Assembly (NCBI GenBank): GCA_035455265.1 | Contig: DATIFK010000216.1 | Span: forward strand, 1-52,100 | Length of the DNA stretch: 52,100 nucleotides | Origin: Anaerolineales bacterium | GTDB taxonomy: Bacteria; Chloroflexota; Anaerolineae; Anaerolineales; E44-bin32 | Direction: 5' to 3' | Shown here: positions 7,788-16,567 of the stretch, in pieces | Position numbering within the stretch: the stretch's first letter is position 1 | Layout: every line of letters starts with the position of its first letter | Program-made: the position numbers and the translations under genes | Notes under the pieces: generated by a model | The model's database searches: none | Told to the model about the DNA's origin: nothing | The model's input: the letters and a program-made list of their open reading frames with translations, nothing else

Positions 7788-8704
7788 TATCTTCGCAGCT
7801 GCGTGCCGCAATTCCGGCAGAACCGATCGCTGGCCCCGGCGCGCGCGCCGCAGTTGTGACAGTACACGGTGGCGGCGCTGTCATCTCCGTCGGCAGGATC
7901 GTCTGCCGTCGGTGGGTGGCGCCGCCGCTCGCGCCTGGACGGGCGCATCGTCCGAATGTAGTAGACCGCTCCGCCGGCCATGAGCGCCAGGCCCAACGCC
8001 AACAGCGCCCACGGCAGGTACGTGACCAGGTCCGGGGTGCGGCCGCCGGCCGGTTGCGGCGTCCCGATGGGGGTCTGGGCCTGGACGAAGTCCGCGCTCA
8101 ACTGGTCGGTGGTCCGCTGGTAGGTGACGCTGAGGCTCGGCTGGGCCGCCGCGTCGATGCTGCCGAGACTGGTTCGCTGATAGGTCAACCCGAATTCTCC
8201 CGCCGACTGACTCTGCGACGGCGGGTCCATCCGCAGACCGCTGGCGCCGACGGGTTGCTGCACCTCGTACTGGAACTCCGCCGCGCCCAGTCCGCCCGGC
8301 CAGGTGAACTGGAAGCTGCGCGTGTCCCCGGTCCGCGCCAATGGCAGGTAGAACTCGATCTGGACATCGAGGCTATCGCTGTGGACCACGACGAAAGGCC
8401 TACCGCCGATTTGCTGCCGAGTGTAGTCGGCGTCGACGAGGGTGCCGGCGTCGTTGCGCGTGGCCACGGCGTTCATGTCGGCGACGGAGTCCGGCACGGG
8501 GAGGTCCACGTCGATCGGCAGCGGGGTCGCCTCTGCCAGAGTCAGGCGGTAGATGACGAGCACTTCCGGTCGGTCGTATTCGGGCCAGAAGCTGACGGTC
8601 AACTGCGAAACGGATGGCTGCGTCTGCGCCCGCGCGCCGGCGGCGGGCAGGATGAGGCCCGTCATGGCCAGCAGGAGTGCGGGGAGGGCGAAGCGAAATC
8701 GCAT
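7787..8704 (-). CDS. Membrane protein: secreted N-terminal domain, one TM, cytoplasmic zinc-ribbon tail
   Basis: Signal peptide MRFRFALPALLLAMTGLILPAAGARA. TM segment LPWALLALGLALMAGGAVYYI. C-terminal CHNCG...CRNCG. Starts 4 nt after the cytochrome c stop. Confidence 0.7.
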   Translation of the reverse strand: MRFRFALPALLLAMTGLILPAAGARAQTQPSVSQLTVSFWPEYDRPEVLVIYRLTLAEATPLPIDVDLPVPDSVADMNAVATRNDAGTLVDADYTRQQIGGRPFVVVHSDSLDVQIEFYLPLARTGDTRSFQFTWPGGLGAAEFQYEVQQPVGASGLRMDPPSQSQSAGEFGLTYQRTSLGSIDAAAQPSLSVTYQRTTDQLSADFVQAQTPIGTPQPAGGRTPDLVTYLPWALLALGLALMAGGAVYYIRTMRPSRRERRRHPPTADDPADGDDSAATVYCHNCGARAGASDRFCRNCGTQLRR

Positions 8705-8708
8705 GCCG

Positions 8709-9485
8709 CTAGGCTCGACGATAGTAGCGGATCAGCACGACGATGACGGCCGCGGCGATAACAGCCAGGAGCACGACACTCCAGGCGCGGCTCAACGGTC
8801 CCTCGGCCTGGGGGGCCGCCGTCGGCGATGATGTGGGCTCCAGAGAAAGGACGTAGGCGACCACGTTCTGGATGGTCACGTCGTCCAGCGGGCCGCCGTT
8901 GACCTGGCCCCAGGCGGGCATGCGCGTGCCGGCGATGCCCTTTGTGACGACATCATGAATGTAGACCGCCGGCTGCGTGCCGGGCCAGGACTTCGCCAGT
9001 GGTACGCCGAAGCGGCCCTGCCCTTGCTCGCCGTGGCACATGACGCAGTTCTGGTGGTACACGACGGCACCGAGCGAGGGATCACCGGTGATCTCCGGCA
9101 GGGGCTCGATTTCGGGCGGGACGTACGTCGGCAGAGGTGTGATCGGTTGCGTCCCGCCGAAGGCCGCCAGAACGTAGGCCGTCAGATCGGCGATGTCCTG
9201 GTCGCTCAGCGGGCCGCCCTGGGACTGCGCCCAGGCCGGCATCACCGTTCCGTCGATCCCGTGGGAGATCGTGTCGAAGACGGCGGCGCCGGGATCGATA
9301 CCGGGAAAGTCCTCGAGGCTGGCGCCGACGCGGCCCTGCCCATCCACGCCATGGCAGACGGCGCAGTTGGCGGCGAACAACTCGCCGCCGCGCGTCGGAT
9401 CGCCCCCTTGCGCCGAGGCAGCGCCCACGGCCACCAGCAGCCCCAGGGCGGCGACGGCCACCGCCCATCCCCATCGACCAGGCAT
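8709..9485 (-). CDS. Dihaem cytochrome c with C-terminal membrane anchor
   Basis: ATG 9485 lies 7 nt after GAGGAGG. CAVCHG and CVMCHG motifs. C-terminal hydrophobic segment AWSVVLLAVIAAAVIVVLI. Confidence 0.8.
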   Translation of the reverse strand: MPGRWGWAVAVAALGLLVAVGAASAQGGDPTRGGELFAANCAVCHGVDGQGRVGASLEDFPGIDPGAAVFDTISHGIDGTVMPAWAQSQGGPLSDQDIADLTAYVLAAFGGTQPITPLPTYVPPEIEPLPEITGDPSLGAVVYHQNCVMCHGEQGQGRFGVPLAKSWPGTQPAVYIHDVVTKGIAGTRMPAWGQVNGGPLDDVTIQNVVAYVLSLEPTSSPTAAPQAEGPLSRAWSVVLLAVIAAAVIVVLIRYYRRA

Positions 9486-9566
9486 GCGCAACCTCCTCAC
9501 GGCCGCTCCGATTCTACCGGAACCTTTCCGGGAAACACGTGGGGCGAAGCGCACCTCGCGGATGGT

Positions 9567-9618
9567 GTAGGGGCACGCCACCCTTGCACCGCCCGCAAGG
9601 GCAGGTGTGGCGTGCCCT
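9567..9618. repeat. R2 structured palindromic element, copy A
   Basis: GTAGGGGCACGCCACCCTTGCACCGCCCGCAAGGGCAGGTGTGGCGTGCCCT: 11-bp and 6-bp helices, 7-nt loop, 6-nt one-sided bulge. Second copy at 47613-47664. Confidence 0.8.
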
Positions 9619-9648
9619 TCGACGCACTGCGAAGAGGCCCTCGGGCCG

Positions 9649-10482
9649 CTACTTCAACGTCAACATGTACGCGATCAGATCGGCGGCGTCCTGCGGGGTA
9701 ACGCGATCGGCGAAATTGCCCGGCATGACGCCGCTGGTGAAGCCCGACACCACGTACACGTTCGGATCGACGATGGACTCGAGCAGGTACTGCTCGGCCG
9801 TCTTGGCCGCGCCGCCGTAAGACGGATCGGCGATGCGGGCGCCGGCCCGAGCGCCGATCCCAGGTGTCCCAGCTGCCGGCATCCAGGCCGGGCCGACGGT
9901 CGAAAGGATATGGCAGGCGGCGCAACCGAAGACGCCTTCCGCCAGCGACTTCCCGTTGTCGGCGTTGCCGGCCGGAAGCGCCTGGGTGATGTCCGTGCCG
10001 ACGGTGGACCCCGGCGGCAGCGCCGGCGTCGCGGCAGCCTCCGCCAGAGCGCGGTCCTGCCAATTCATGATGAACGCCACCAGGGCATCGATCTGGTCGT
10101 CACGCAGCGGTCCTCCGAAGCGGCTGCTCCACGTCGGCATCCGGTTGGGGTAGTTCGTGCCGGCGCTGGGGACGGGCCGCCCCGAGGAGATCGTTGAGCG
10201 CACGTAGTCTTCCACCGTCCCGGGAAAGCTGACGGCCTGCAGGCGCGACCCGTTGAACAGATCGGCGGCGTTGAGCGCCGGCGCCAGCGGCGTCCCTTTG
10301 CCTTGCGGCCCATGACAGGTGCGGCATAGGGTCTCGAACTCGAGGGCGCCGGTCTCGATAGCCTGAGCCTGATAGGCGCGATCGGCGCCGGCCATGCGAT
10401 TCGATTCGTTGAGGGCGATCCACCCAAGCACAACGGTCAACACCGCCAGGGAGAGGCCGCCGAGGGCGACTTGCCACTTCAT
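9649..10482 (-). CDS. Dihaem cytochrome c, N-terminal membrane anchor
   Basis: CRTCHG and CAACH motifs. N-terminal TM segment. ATG lies 3 nt after the cytochrome b stop and is preceded by GGGAGG. Confidence 0.85.
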   Translation of the reverse strand: MKWQVALGGLSLAVLTVVLGWIALNESNRMAGADRAYQAQAIETGALEFETLCRTCHGPQGKGTPLAPALNAADLFNGSRLQAVSFPGTVEDYVRSTISSGRPVPSAGTNYPNRMPTWSSRFGGPLRDDQIDALVAFIMNWQDRALAEAAATPALPPGSTVGTDITQALPAGNADNGKSLAEGVFGCAACHILSTVGPAWMPAAGTPGIGARAGARIADPSYGGAAKTAEQYLLESIVDPNVYVVSGFTSGVMPGNFADRVTPQDAADLIAYMLTLK

Positions 10483-10485
10483 CGC

Positions 10486-12228
10486 TCAGCCTCCCGCGCC
10501 GGGTGTCGACGTCGCCACCGCGGGCGTCCCCGCCGGGACGGTGGCCGATCCGACGGGGGCGGGCACCGTTGCAGCCGGCGTGCCGATCGGCCCGGCCGCG
10601 CCGGCCGTCGGGGCGGGGGCCGCCGGCTGGCTTCCAGCCTCTCCGTTGTGGCTGCGGTGCAGGTAGGCGGATTGGCTGAACTCGTAAGGAGTCCCGTCCG
10701 CCTGGTTCCACGTCACCCTCAAGGTGATCTTCTTCAGGTCCGTCTGCCAGTCTTCGACGATCATGTACGCGGCGACGCCTTGACGGTCGGGCGACTCCAC
10801 GCCGGCCAAGTGATCGGCGAAGAGATGCAGCAAGCTGCGCAGCGTCGGCGTTGGAGCGCTGGCCCAGTCGCCGGCGTAGTAGGTGCCGAAGGTCAGCTCC
10901 TCCCAGTTGGCTTCGCGCAACGGCCCAGGGTGCGTCTGCGGCAGGAGCGCCGCGACCGCCTCCTGGTCGGGCGAGGAGGTCACCTTGTACCACGGCGATC
11001 CCATGAAGGACAAAACGGCCAGCCCGGCCACCGACACCGCCGCGGCCGACAGGCCGATGCGCCGGTCGCCGTAGCGCCGGCTCGGCCCGACCTCGAAGTA
11101 CGGCAGCATCAGGAGCACGCCCGTCAGAGCCCCGGGGACCAGCAGGCCCCAGATGACTTTGTCGCCGATCTTCAGCATCCCCTGGAGCCACAGGAAGTAC
11201 CACGGTGAGGTGATGTGCAGCGGTGTGATCAGCGGGTCGGCGTGAGCCTCCAGCACCGGAGCGTTATAGATGAAGGCACACACCAGCACCAGGAGCGCGG
11301 TGAGCCCGGAGACGTACCACAGCTCGCGCGTCAGGATCTGCGGCATGAAATAGACCCGCGATTCCATCGGCACACGCTTGGCCGTGTCGACGCCGACGTC
11401 TTCGGCTCCCGGCGGCAGGCTGTGGCCGTGCAAGATGACTTTGTAGTAATGGACGCCGAGGGCGACGATCCCCACCAGCGGCAGCCCGATGACGTGCAGC
11501 AGATAGAAGCGCAACAGGCCGTTGGCGCCGAACTCCGGAGCGCCACGCACGATCAGGTTGACCGTTCGTCCCACGACCTCCGGCGGGATCGCTTCCACCA
11601 TCGACGCGCCGATGGTCACCGCCCACAGGCTCAGCTGGTCCCACGGCAACAGGTAGCCGGAGAAGGACAGGATCAGCGTGACGAACAGCAGCACGACGCC
11701 GGTGGCCCAGGTGAACTGGCGCGGCTTCTTGTAGGAACCGGTGATGAACGTTCGCAGCATGTGCAGAGCGACGATGGCCACCATGAGCTCGGCGCCCAGC
11801 TTGTGCAAGTCCCGCATCAGCGAGCCGAACGGCACGTTGCTCAGGATGTTGCGCATGTTCTCGTAGGCGACCAGCGGCGACGGCGTATAGAAGACCATCA
11901 GGAACACGCCGGTAATGATCTCGAAGGCGAAGAAGAATGTCGACAGCCAGCCCAGCCGGAACGTCGGGTACAGGCCGTCGACCATGTTGTGGTAGTAGGT
12001 CGGCTTCATGTGCAGCCAGAAGCCTTCGGCGTGAGGTTTGAGGCGCGGGTTCGGGCGGCCCGGCGGATCGTCGCGCAGCACGGCGCGGACGTCGGCCGGG
12101 CTGAGGCCGGCGGTGACGCGGGTGACGACGTCGTCGAACTTGGCGCGCAGAGTCGCCTTGACGCCCTTGGCCTTCACGTCGTCGAGGATGGGGATGTGGA
12201 GCCGGAAGATGCCGCGAAGGAAGTCCAC
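10486..12228 (-). CDS. Cytochrome b (b6-like N-domain fused to subunit IV-like domain) with ~150-aa C-terminal extension
   Basis: GTG start after GGGAGG. LPWDQLSLWAVTIGAS matches the cytochrome b PWGQMSFW region. PWYFLWLQG resembles subunit IV. Ends in an Ala/Pro/Thr-rich tail. Confidence 0.9.
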   Translation of the reverse strand: MDFLRGIFRLHIPILDDVKAKGVKATLRAKFDDVVTRVTAGLSPADVRAVLRDDPPGRPNPRLKPHAEGFWLHMKPTYYHNMVDGLYPTFRLGWLSTFFFAFEIITGVFLMVFYTPSPLVAYENMRNILSNVPFGSLMRDLHKLGAELMVAIVALHMLRTFITGSYKKPRQFTWATGVVLLFVTLILSFSGYLLPWDQLSLWAVTIGASMVEAIPPEVVGRTVNLIVRGAPEFGANGLLRFYLLHVIGLPLVGIVALGVHYYKVILHGHSLPPGAEDVGVDTAKRVPMESRVYFMPQILTRELWYVSGLTALLVLVCAFIYNAPVLEAHADPLITPLHITSPWYFLWLQGMLKIGDKVIWGLLVPGALTGVLLMLPYFEVGPSRRYGDRRIGLSAAAVSVAGLAVLSFMGSPWYKVTSSPDQEAVAALLPQTHPGPLREANWEELTFGTYYAGDWASAPTPTLRSLLHLFADHLAGVESPDRQGVAAYMIVEDWQTDLKKITLRVTWNQADGTPYEFSQSAYLHRSHNGEAGSQPAAPAPTAGAAGPIGTPAATVPAPVGSATVPAGTPAVATSTPGAGG

Positions 12229-12243
12229 GTTGTGCCTCCCGCC

Positions 12244-12882
12244 CTACCGGCCGCCGCCGGGACGGGTGTTCGGGGCGCCCGTGATGCGGCGCCCGGTGTC
12301 GACGCGCAGGGTGACGATCTCGGGGGTCAGGGGGATGGCCGTGCCCTCCAGGCTGCCGAGCGTCGGTTCGGAGCGGGCGACGACGTTGCCGCCGGCATCG
12401 AGCGCTTCCATGATGAAGGTATCCAGGTTGCGCCGGGCCGGTCCGTCGATGCGGGCGTCGGACTTCAGGTACTTCGACCCATGGCATGGGCACTCGAAAC
12501 GGTCCTGAGTAGCCGCCCACTTGTACAGGCAACCGAGGTGGACGCAGACCATGTACAGCGCCTTGACCCCCTGCTGCAGCGGGTAGTTCGCCGGCTGACG
12601 CGGGTCGGCAATGGTCTTCGGCCCGATATTCACCAGCCAGAATCGCCCGTCGGGGTAGGCCTTCGGTCCGCTGTCCGCCGGCGGGACGTCGCCGACCGGA
12701 ATGTTCACGATTCCGCCGAACTCCCCCTCGCGAAACCGCGGCAGGGCAAACCAAACGAGAGCGCCTCCGGAGCCGGCCATGAAGACGGCCATCGAGGCGC
12801 CCCACAGGTAGTACAGGAACTCGCGTCGACTCAAGGGAGGGGAGCTGGGCTCAGCCCCTGCCCGGGCGACCGCTTCGGTCAT
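12244..12882 (-). CDS. Rieske 2Fe-2S subunit of the cytochrome bc-type complex
   Basis: CVHLGC and CPCHGS cluster boxes. Tat-like SRREFLYYLWG. Start set at ATG 12882 (GGAGG 9 nt upstream), not the ORF-track 13107. Confidence 0.85.
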   Translation of the reverse strand: MTEAVARAGAEPSSPPLSRREFLYYLWGASMAVFMAGSGGALVWFALPRFREGEFGGIVNIPVGDVPPADSGPKAYPDGRFWLVNIGPKTIADPRQPANYPLQQGVKALYMVCVHLGCLYKWAATQDRFECPCHGSKYLKSDARIDGPARRNLDTFIMEALDAGGNVVARSEPTLGSLEGTAIPLTPEIVTLRVDTGRRITGAPNTRPGGGR

Positions 12883-12975
12883 GCGCTGCATCCTCCAGAG
12901 AAACGAGCCTTGAATGAGCCTTTGGCGGAGTACAAAGCCTCGCGGGAACGCCCCCGTCCCCGGCGAGGCGGGCGA

Positions 12976-13004
12976 TTCGTAACATATTTCCCAAGCAATG
13001 TCAA
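12976..13004 (-). promoter_or_regulatory. Candidate promoter of the Rieske/cyt b operon
   Basis: Minus strand TTGACA (13004-12999), 17-nt spacer, TACGAA (12981-12976). The -10 is weak. Confidence 0.35.
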
Positions 13005-13045
13005 ACGCAGCGCGGCGATCTGCGCGAAGTGAGTGGTCAACGTGC

Positions 13046-13150
13046 GGTTCCCAGTCACCAGTTGCCAGTCCCCAGTCCCATTCTGCTCGAAGGGTTGCAT
13101 CGACCACTCACGCTATTGACTGGCAACTGGAGACTCGTTCCTGGAAACCC
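13046..13150. repeat. H7 heptamer array b (CCAG/CTGG type, inverted arms)
   Basis: TTCCCAG TCACCAG TTGCCAG TCCCCAG TCCCA ... TTGA CTGGCAA CTGGAGA CTCGTTC CTGGAAA CCC, in a divergent intergenic region. Confidence 0.85.
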
Positions 13151-13169
13151 TTCGCCGACAACCGAACGG

Positions 13170-13175
13170 TATAAT
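13170..13175 (+). promoter_or_regulatory. -10 box of an apparently leaderless rnd transcript
   Basis: TATAAT, then 6 nt (GCCCTC), then ATG 13182. No Shine-Dalgarno in between. Confidence 0.45.
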
Positions 13176-13181
13176 GCCCTC

Positions 13182-14330
13182 ATGCCCGTCCCCGGTCTGC
13201 GTCCGCCCATCCTCGTCGACACGCAACCTCGCCTGGACGACTTGGCCTCCGCTCTGCGGCGAGAGCCGGCCGTGGCGGTCGACACGGAATCCAACAGCCT
13301 GCACGCGTACCCCGAACGCGTTTGCCTGATCCAGGTGTCCACCGATCGGGACGATTTCCTGATCGACCCCTTCGCCCTGGACAACCTGCAACCACTGGCC
13401 CCGCTCTTCGACGATCCCCGGATCGAAAAGGTCTTCCACGCCGCCGAATACGATCTGGCCTGTCTCCACCGCGACTTCGGCTTCGGCCTGTGCAACCTAT
13501 TCGACACCCGCGTCGCCTGCCGTACCCTGGCCTACCCGCACACCGGTCTCGGCGACGTCCTGGCACATCATTTCGATGTTCGCATCGACAAGCGCCATCA
13601 GCGGGCCGACTGGGGGCGACGGCCGCTTCCGCCCGATCTGCTCGACTACGCCCGGCTGGACAGCCACTACCTGCTGCAGCTGCGCCGGATTCTGGGCGAG
13701 GAACTGGAGCGTGCCGGGCGCAGCGCCGAGGCGCATGAGGAGTGCGAGTGGACGATCCACCAGGCCCTGGCTGCGCCGCCGCCGGATGAGGGCTTCTGGC
13801 GCATTGGCCGCGCTCGCCGGCTGCCACCCGAGCGCGCCGCTATCTTGAGGGAGCTCTATCTGTGGCGGGAGGCCGAAGCCCGTCGCCTCAACCGGCCCCC
13901 CTTTAAGGTCCTCAGCGACGATACGCTCCTGTCCCTGGCCCAGGATTCGCCGCATGATCGTGCGGCCCTCGAGGAGGTGAGCGGCCTCCCCGAGAGGCCG
14001 CGCCAGCGCTACGGCGCCGCCCTGCTCGAGGCGATCGCCCGCGGCCGCAACGCGCCTCGCCCCGAGCGGCCGGTTTCCCGCCCGGTCGATGAGAGCAGCC
14101 TGGCCCGCTACCAGCGGCTGCGCCAATGGCGCAAGACTCTCGCCGAAGCGCGCCAGGTCGAGTCGGACGTCATCCTTCCGCGCGACGTCCTGTGGGATAT
14201 CGCCCGTGAGGCCCCGTCGGATGCCGAAGCCCTCGCCCGGCTGATGCCGTCCCTGCCCTGGCGCCTGGATCGATACGGCCAGGCGATCCTGGAGATCCTG
14301 ACGCGATCGCCCAATGGGAACCATCGGTGA
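13182..14330 (+). CDS. rnd: Ribonuclease D (DEDD 3'-5' exonuclease + HRDC)
   Basis: VAVDTESNSLHAYPERVCLIQVS exonuclease motif. YAARLDSHYLL-like region. C-terminal HRDC-like repeat. Confidence 0.85.
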   Translation: MPVPGLRPPILVDTQPRLDDLASALRREPAVAVDTESNSLHAYPERVCLIQVSTDRDDFLIDPFALDNLQPLAPLFDDPRIEKVFHAAEYDLACLHRDFGFGLCNLFDTRVACRTLAYPHTGLGDVLAHHFDVRIDKRHQRADWGRRPLPPDLLDYARLDSHYLLQLRRILGEELERAGRSAEAHEECEWTIHQALAAPPPDEGFWRIGRARRLPPERAAILRELYLWREAEARRLNRPPFKVLSDDTLLSLAQDSPHDRAALEEVSGLPERPRQRYGAALLEAIARGRNAPRPERPVSRPVDESSLARYQRLRQWRKTLAEARQVESDVILPRDVLWDIAREAPSDAEALARLMPSLPWRLDRYGQAILEILTRSPNGNHR

Positions 14331-15724
14331 AGATCGCCTTTCACGGCGCCGCCCAGACGGTCACCGGCTCCCGCCATCTGCTCCAGGTCAACGATCACCA
14401 GCTCCTTCTCGACTGCGGATTCTTCCAGGGACGGCGCAAGGACACCTGGGAGCGCAACCTGCGTTTCACCTTCGAACCGCCGGCGGTCGAGGGCGTCGTC
14501 CTGTCGCACGCCCACATGGACCATTGCGGCAATCTGCCGAATCTCGTGCGCCAGGGTTTCGCCGGAACGATTCACGCCACCCGGGCGACCTCCGACCTGA
14601 CCGACTTCATGCTCCTCGATTCGGCCCACATCCAGGAAGCCGACGCCGAGTTCGTCAACCGCCGCGGCGACACGCGCGGCGGCGATCCGGTCGTGCCGCT
14701 GTACACGGTCCCCGACGCCCAGCAAACCATCCAGCGGCTCCAGGGCCACGCCTACGACGAGCCGTTCGAACCCGTCCCCGGCGCACGTGTCCGCCTGGTC
14801 GAGGCCGGGCACATTCTCGGTTCGGCCGGCATCGTCGTCGACCTGGAGGAGAAGGGCCGCACTGTCCGCTTGATGTTCTCGGGCGACATTGGCCGGCGCG
14901 ACATGCCGCTGCTGCGCGACCCGGTGCTCCCCGACGATATCGACGTCCTCGTCATGGAATGCACCTACGGGGACAAGCCGCACGATCCGCCGGACAAAGC
15001 CTACGCAGCGCTGCGGGGCGTCATCCAGCGGACCGCCGACCGTGGCGGCAAGGTCATCATCCCGTCGTTCGCCGTCGGCCGCACCCAGTTGATGGTCTAC
15101 TTCCTGCATCAGATGATCGAGCGAGGCGAGCTGCCGCGCCTTCCCGTTTACGTCGACAGCCCTCTGGCGATCAACATCACCTCTGTCTTCCGCGCCCACC
15201 CGGAGGACTTCGACGACGAGACCCGCGCCTTCATACGCGCCGACCAGCATCACACCGCCCTCGGCTTCGACCTGCTCACGTACACGCGCAGCGTCGAGGC
15301 GAGCAAAGCCATCAACAGCCAGCACGGCCCCCTGATCATCATCTCCGCCTCCGGCATGGCCGAGACGGGGCGCATCCTCCATCACCTGCGCAACAACATC
15401 GGCGATCCACGCAACACCATCCTGATCACCTCCTGGATGGCGCCCGAGACCCTCGGCCGGCGGCTGGCCGAAGGAGAGAAGACCGTCCGCATCTTCGGGG
15501 AGCCGCACGAAGTCCGCGCCGAAGTAGTGGCGATCGACGGGCTGTCGGCGCATGCCGGCCAGGACTTCCTGGTGGAATATGCTCGGGCCGTGCGAGGCCG
15601 CGTCGGCCGCATCTTCCTCGTCCACGGGGAACCCGAGCCGGCGGCTGCCCTGACGGAGAAGCTGCACGAGGCCGGGCTGCCCGAGATCCACTATCCCCGC
15701 CACGGGGAAGCCGCCGATCTCTAG
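14327..15724 (+). CDS. MBL-fold beta-CASP ribonuclease
   Basis: GTG start overlaps the rnd stop (GTGA). SHAHMDHCG metallo-beta-lactamase motif. C-terminal beta-CASP/RNA-specificity region (GLSAHAG). Confidence 0.85.
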   Translation: MKIAFHGAAQTVTGSRHLLQVNDHQLLLDCGFFQGRRKDTWERNLRFTFEPPAVEGVVLSHAHMDHCGNLPNLVRQGFAGTIHATRATSDLTDFMLLDSAHIQEADAEFVNRRGDTRGGDPVVPLYTVPDAQQTIQRLQGHAYDEPFEPVPGARVRLVEAGHILGSAGIVVDLEEKGRTVRLMFSGDIGRRDMPLLRDPVLPDDIDVLVMECTYGDKPHDPPDKAYAALRGVIQRTADRGGKVIIPSFAVGRTQLMVYFLHQMIERGELPRLPVYVDSPLAINITSVFRAHPEDFDDETRAFIRADQHHTALGFDLLTYTRSVEASKAINSQHGPLIIISASGMAETGRILHHLRNNIGDPRNTILITSWMAPETLGRRLAEGEKTVRIFGEPHEVRAEVVAIDGLSAHAGQDFLVEYARAVRGRVGRIFLVHGEPEPAAALTEKLHEAGLPEIHYPRHGEAADL

Positions 15725-15808
15725 GGCCGGCGCGCCGGGTCGGCGCTGTGTGCCCTTTCCGGATACACTAGGGTCCTCCTCCCGGCAGCGGGCTCGCAAA
15801 GGCACTCC

Positions 15809-16567
15809 ATGAATCGCGACTTCACCTCCCAACCCCACGCCTCCCCACTGGCCCTGGCTCGCGCCCTGCGCCGCGGCACTGCGGGAGCGGGAACGCCTTC
15901 TGACCACCTGCCGTCTCCGCTTCACTGGCTTCTGCGCCTGATCATGGGGACCTATCGCGTCCTGATGATCCATCGCCTACATTGGATCGACCGACAACAC
16001 TGGAGCGAAGGGCCCCACATCCTCGTCTCCAACCACGGCCGGGTGACGGACGGCTTCATCTTCCTCTCCCTGCGCGACAAGCTCCACAGCATGATCCAGG
16101 CCGAATCCTTCACGCTGCCCTTTATCGGCAAGGTCTTCCAACACTCCGGGCAGATCCCCATCGCTCCGGGTCACGGTGTGGAGGCTCTGGAACGCGCTCG
16201 GGTGTACCTTTCGCAGGGCGAATCCGTGCTGATCTATCCCGAGGGCAAGCTGAATCACGGGGCCGGCATGCTGCGCGGCAAGGTCGGCGCGGCGCGCCTG
16301 GCGTTCGACAGCCGGGTCCCCGTACTGCCGATCGGTGTGTACGTGCCGGAACGGTGGAGCCGCAAGATTCGCGGACACTTCTACGGGCGTCCAACGATCG
16401 GCTACTGGCAAATGGGAGGCACGTGCTACATCGCCGTCGGCGACCCCTGGCTCCCCTTCCCAGCGGAGAAGCTGCACGTCGAACCCCACGAGCTGCGGAC
16501 CGTCACGGACGAGATGATGGAGCGGATCTCTTACCAGGAATCCCGGGCGCGCTGCGCCGCGGCCTGA
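15809..16567 (+). CDS. Lysophospholipid (1-acyl-glycerol-3-phosphate type) acyltransferase
   Basis: HX4D motif NHGRVTD and PEGK motif. The true start may be the internal Met (MGTYRVL). Confidence 0.7.
   Translation: MNRDFTSQPHASPLALARALRRGTAGAGTPSDHLPSPLHWLLRLIMGTYRVLMIHRLHWIDRQHWSEGPHILVSNHGRVTDGFIFLSLRDKLHSMIQAESFTLPFIGKVFQHSGQIPIAPGHGVEALERARVYLSQGESVLIYPEGKLNHGAGMLRGKVGAARLAFDSRVPVLPIGVYVPERWSRKIRGHFYGRPTIGYWQMGGTCYIAVGDPWLPFPAEKLHVEPHELRTVTDEMMERISYQESRARCAAA

Noticed and set aside
11215-13032. 605-aa plus-strand ORF across cytochrome b and Rieske
   Set aside because: Antisense to two genes with unambiguous cofactor motifs. Low-complexity, stop-poor frame caused by GC bias.
12883-13107. 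N-terminal extension of the Rieske ORF to 13107
   Set aside because: It would translate heptamer array b and lacks an SD. ATG 12882 has GGAGG at the correct spacing and gives a normal Tat-type N-terminus.
14108-15973. 621-aa minus-strand ORF, and the 485-aa ORF 14314..15771
   Set aside because: Both overlap the beta-CASP RNase gene, which has the HxHxDH motif. Their translations are Arg/Pro/Gly-rich with no recognisable domain.
15982-16566. N-terminal extension of the glycosyltransferase ORF (598-aa version); similar extensions of panB (to 36123), DmpA (to 24207), bactofilin (to 23161), the YitJ-like gene (from 45063) and the M2 peptidase (from 30092)
   Set aside because: The extensions overlap well-supported neighbouring genes or regulatory RNAs. 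Internal starts have SDs or start/stop overlaps and give canonical N-termini.
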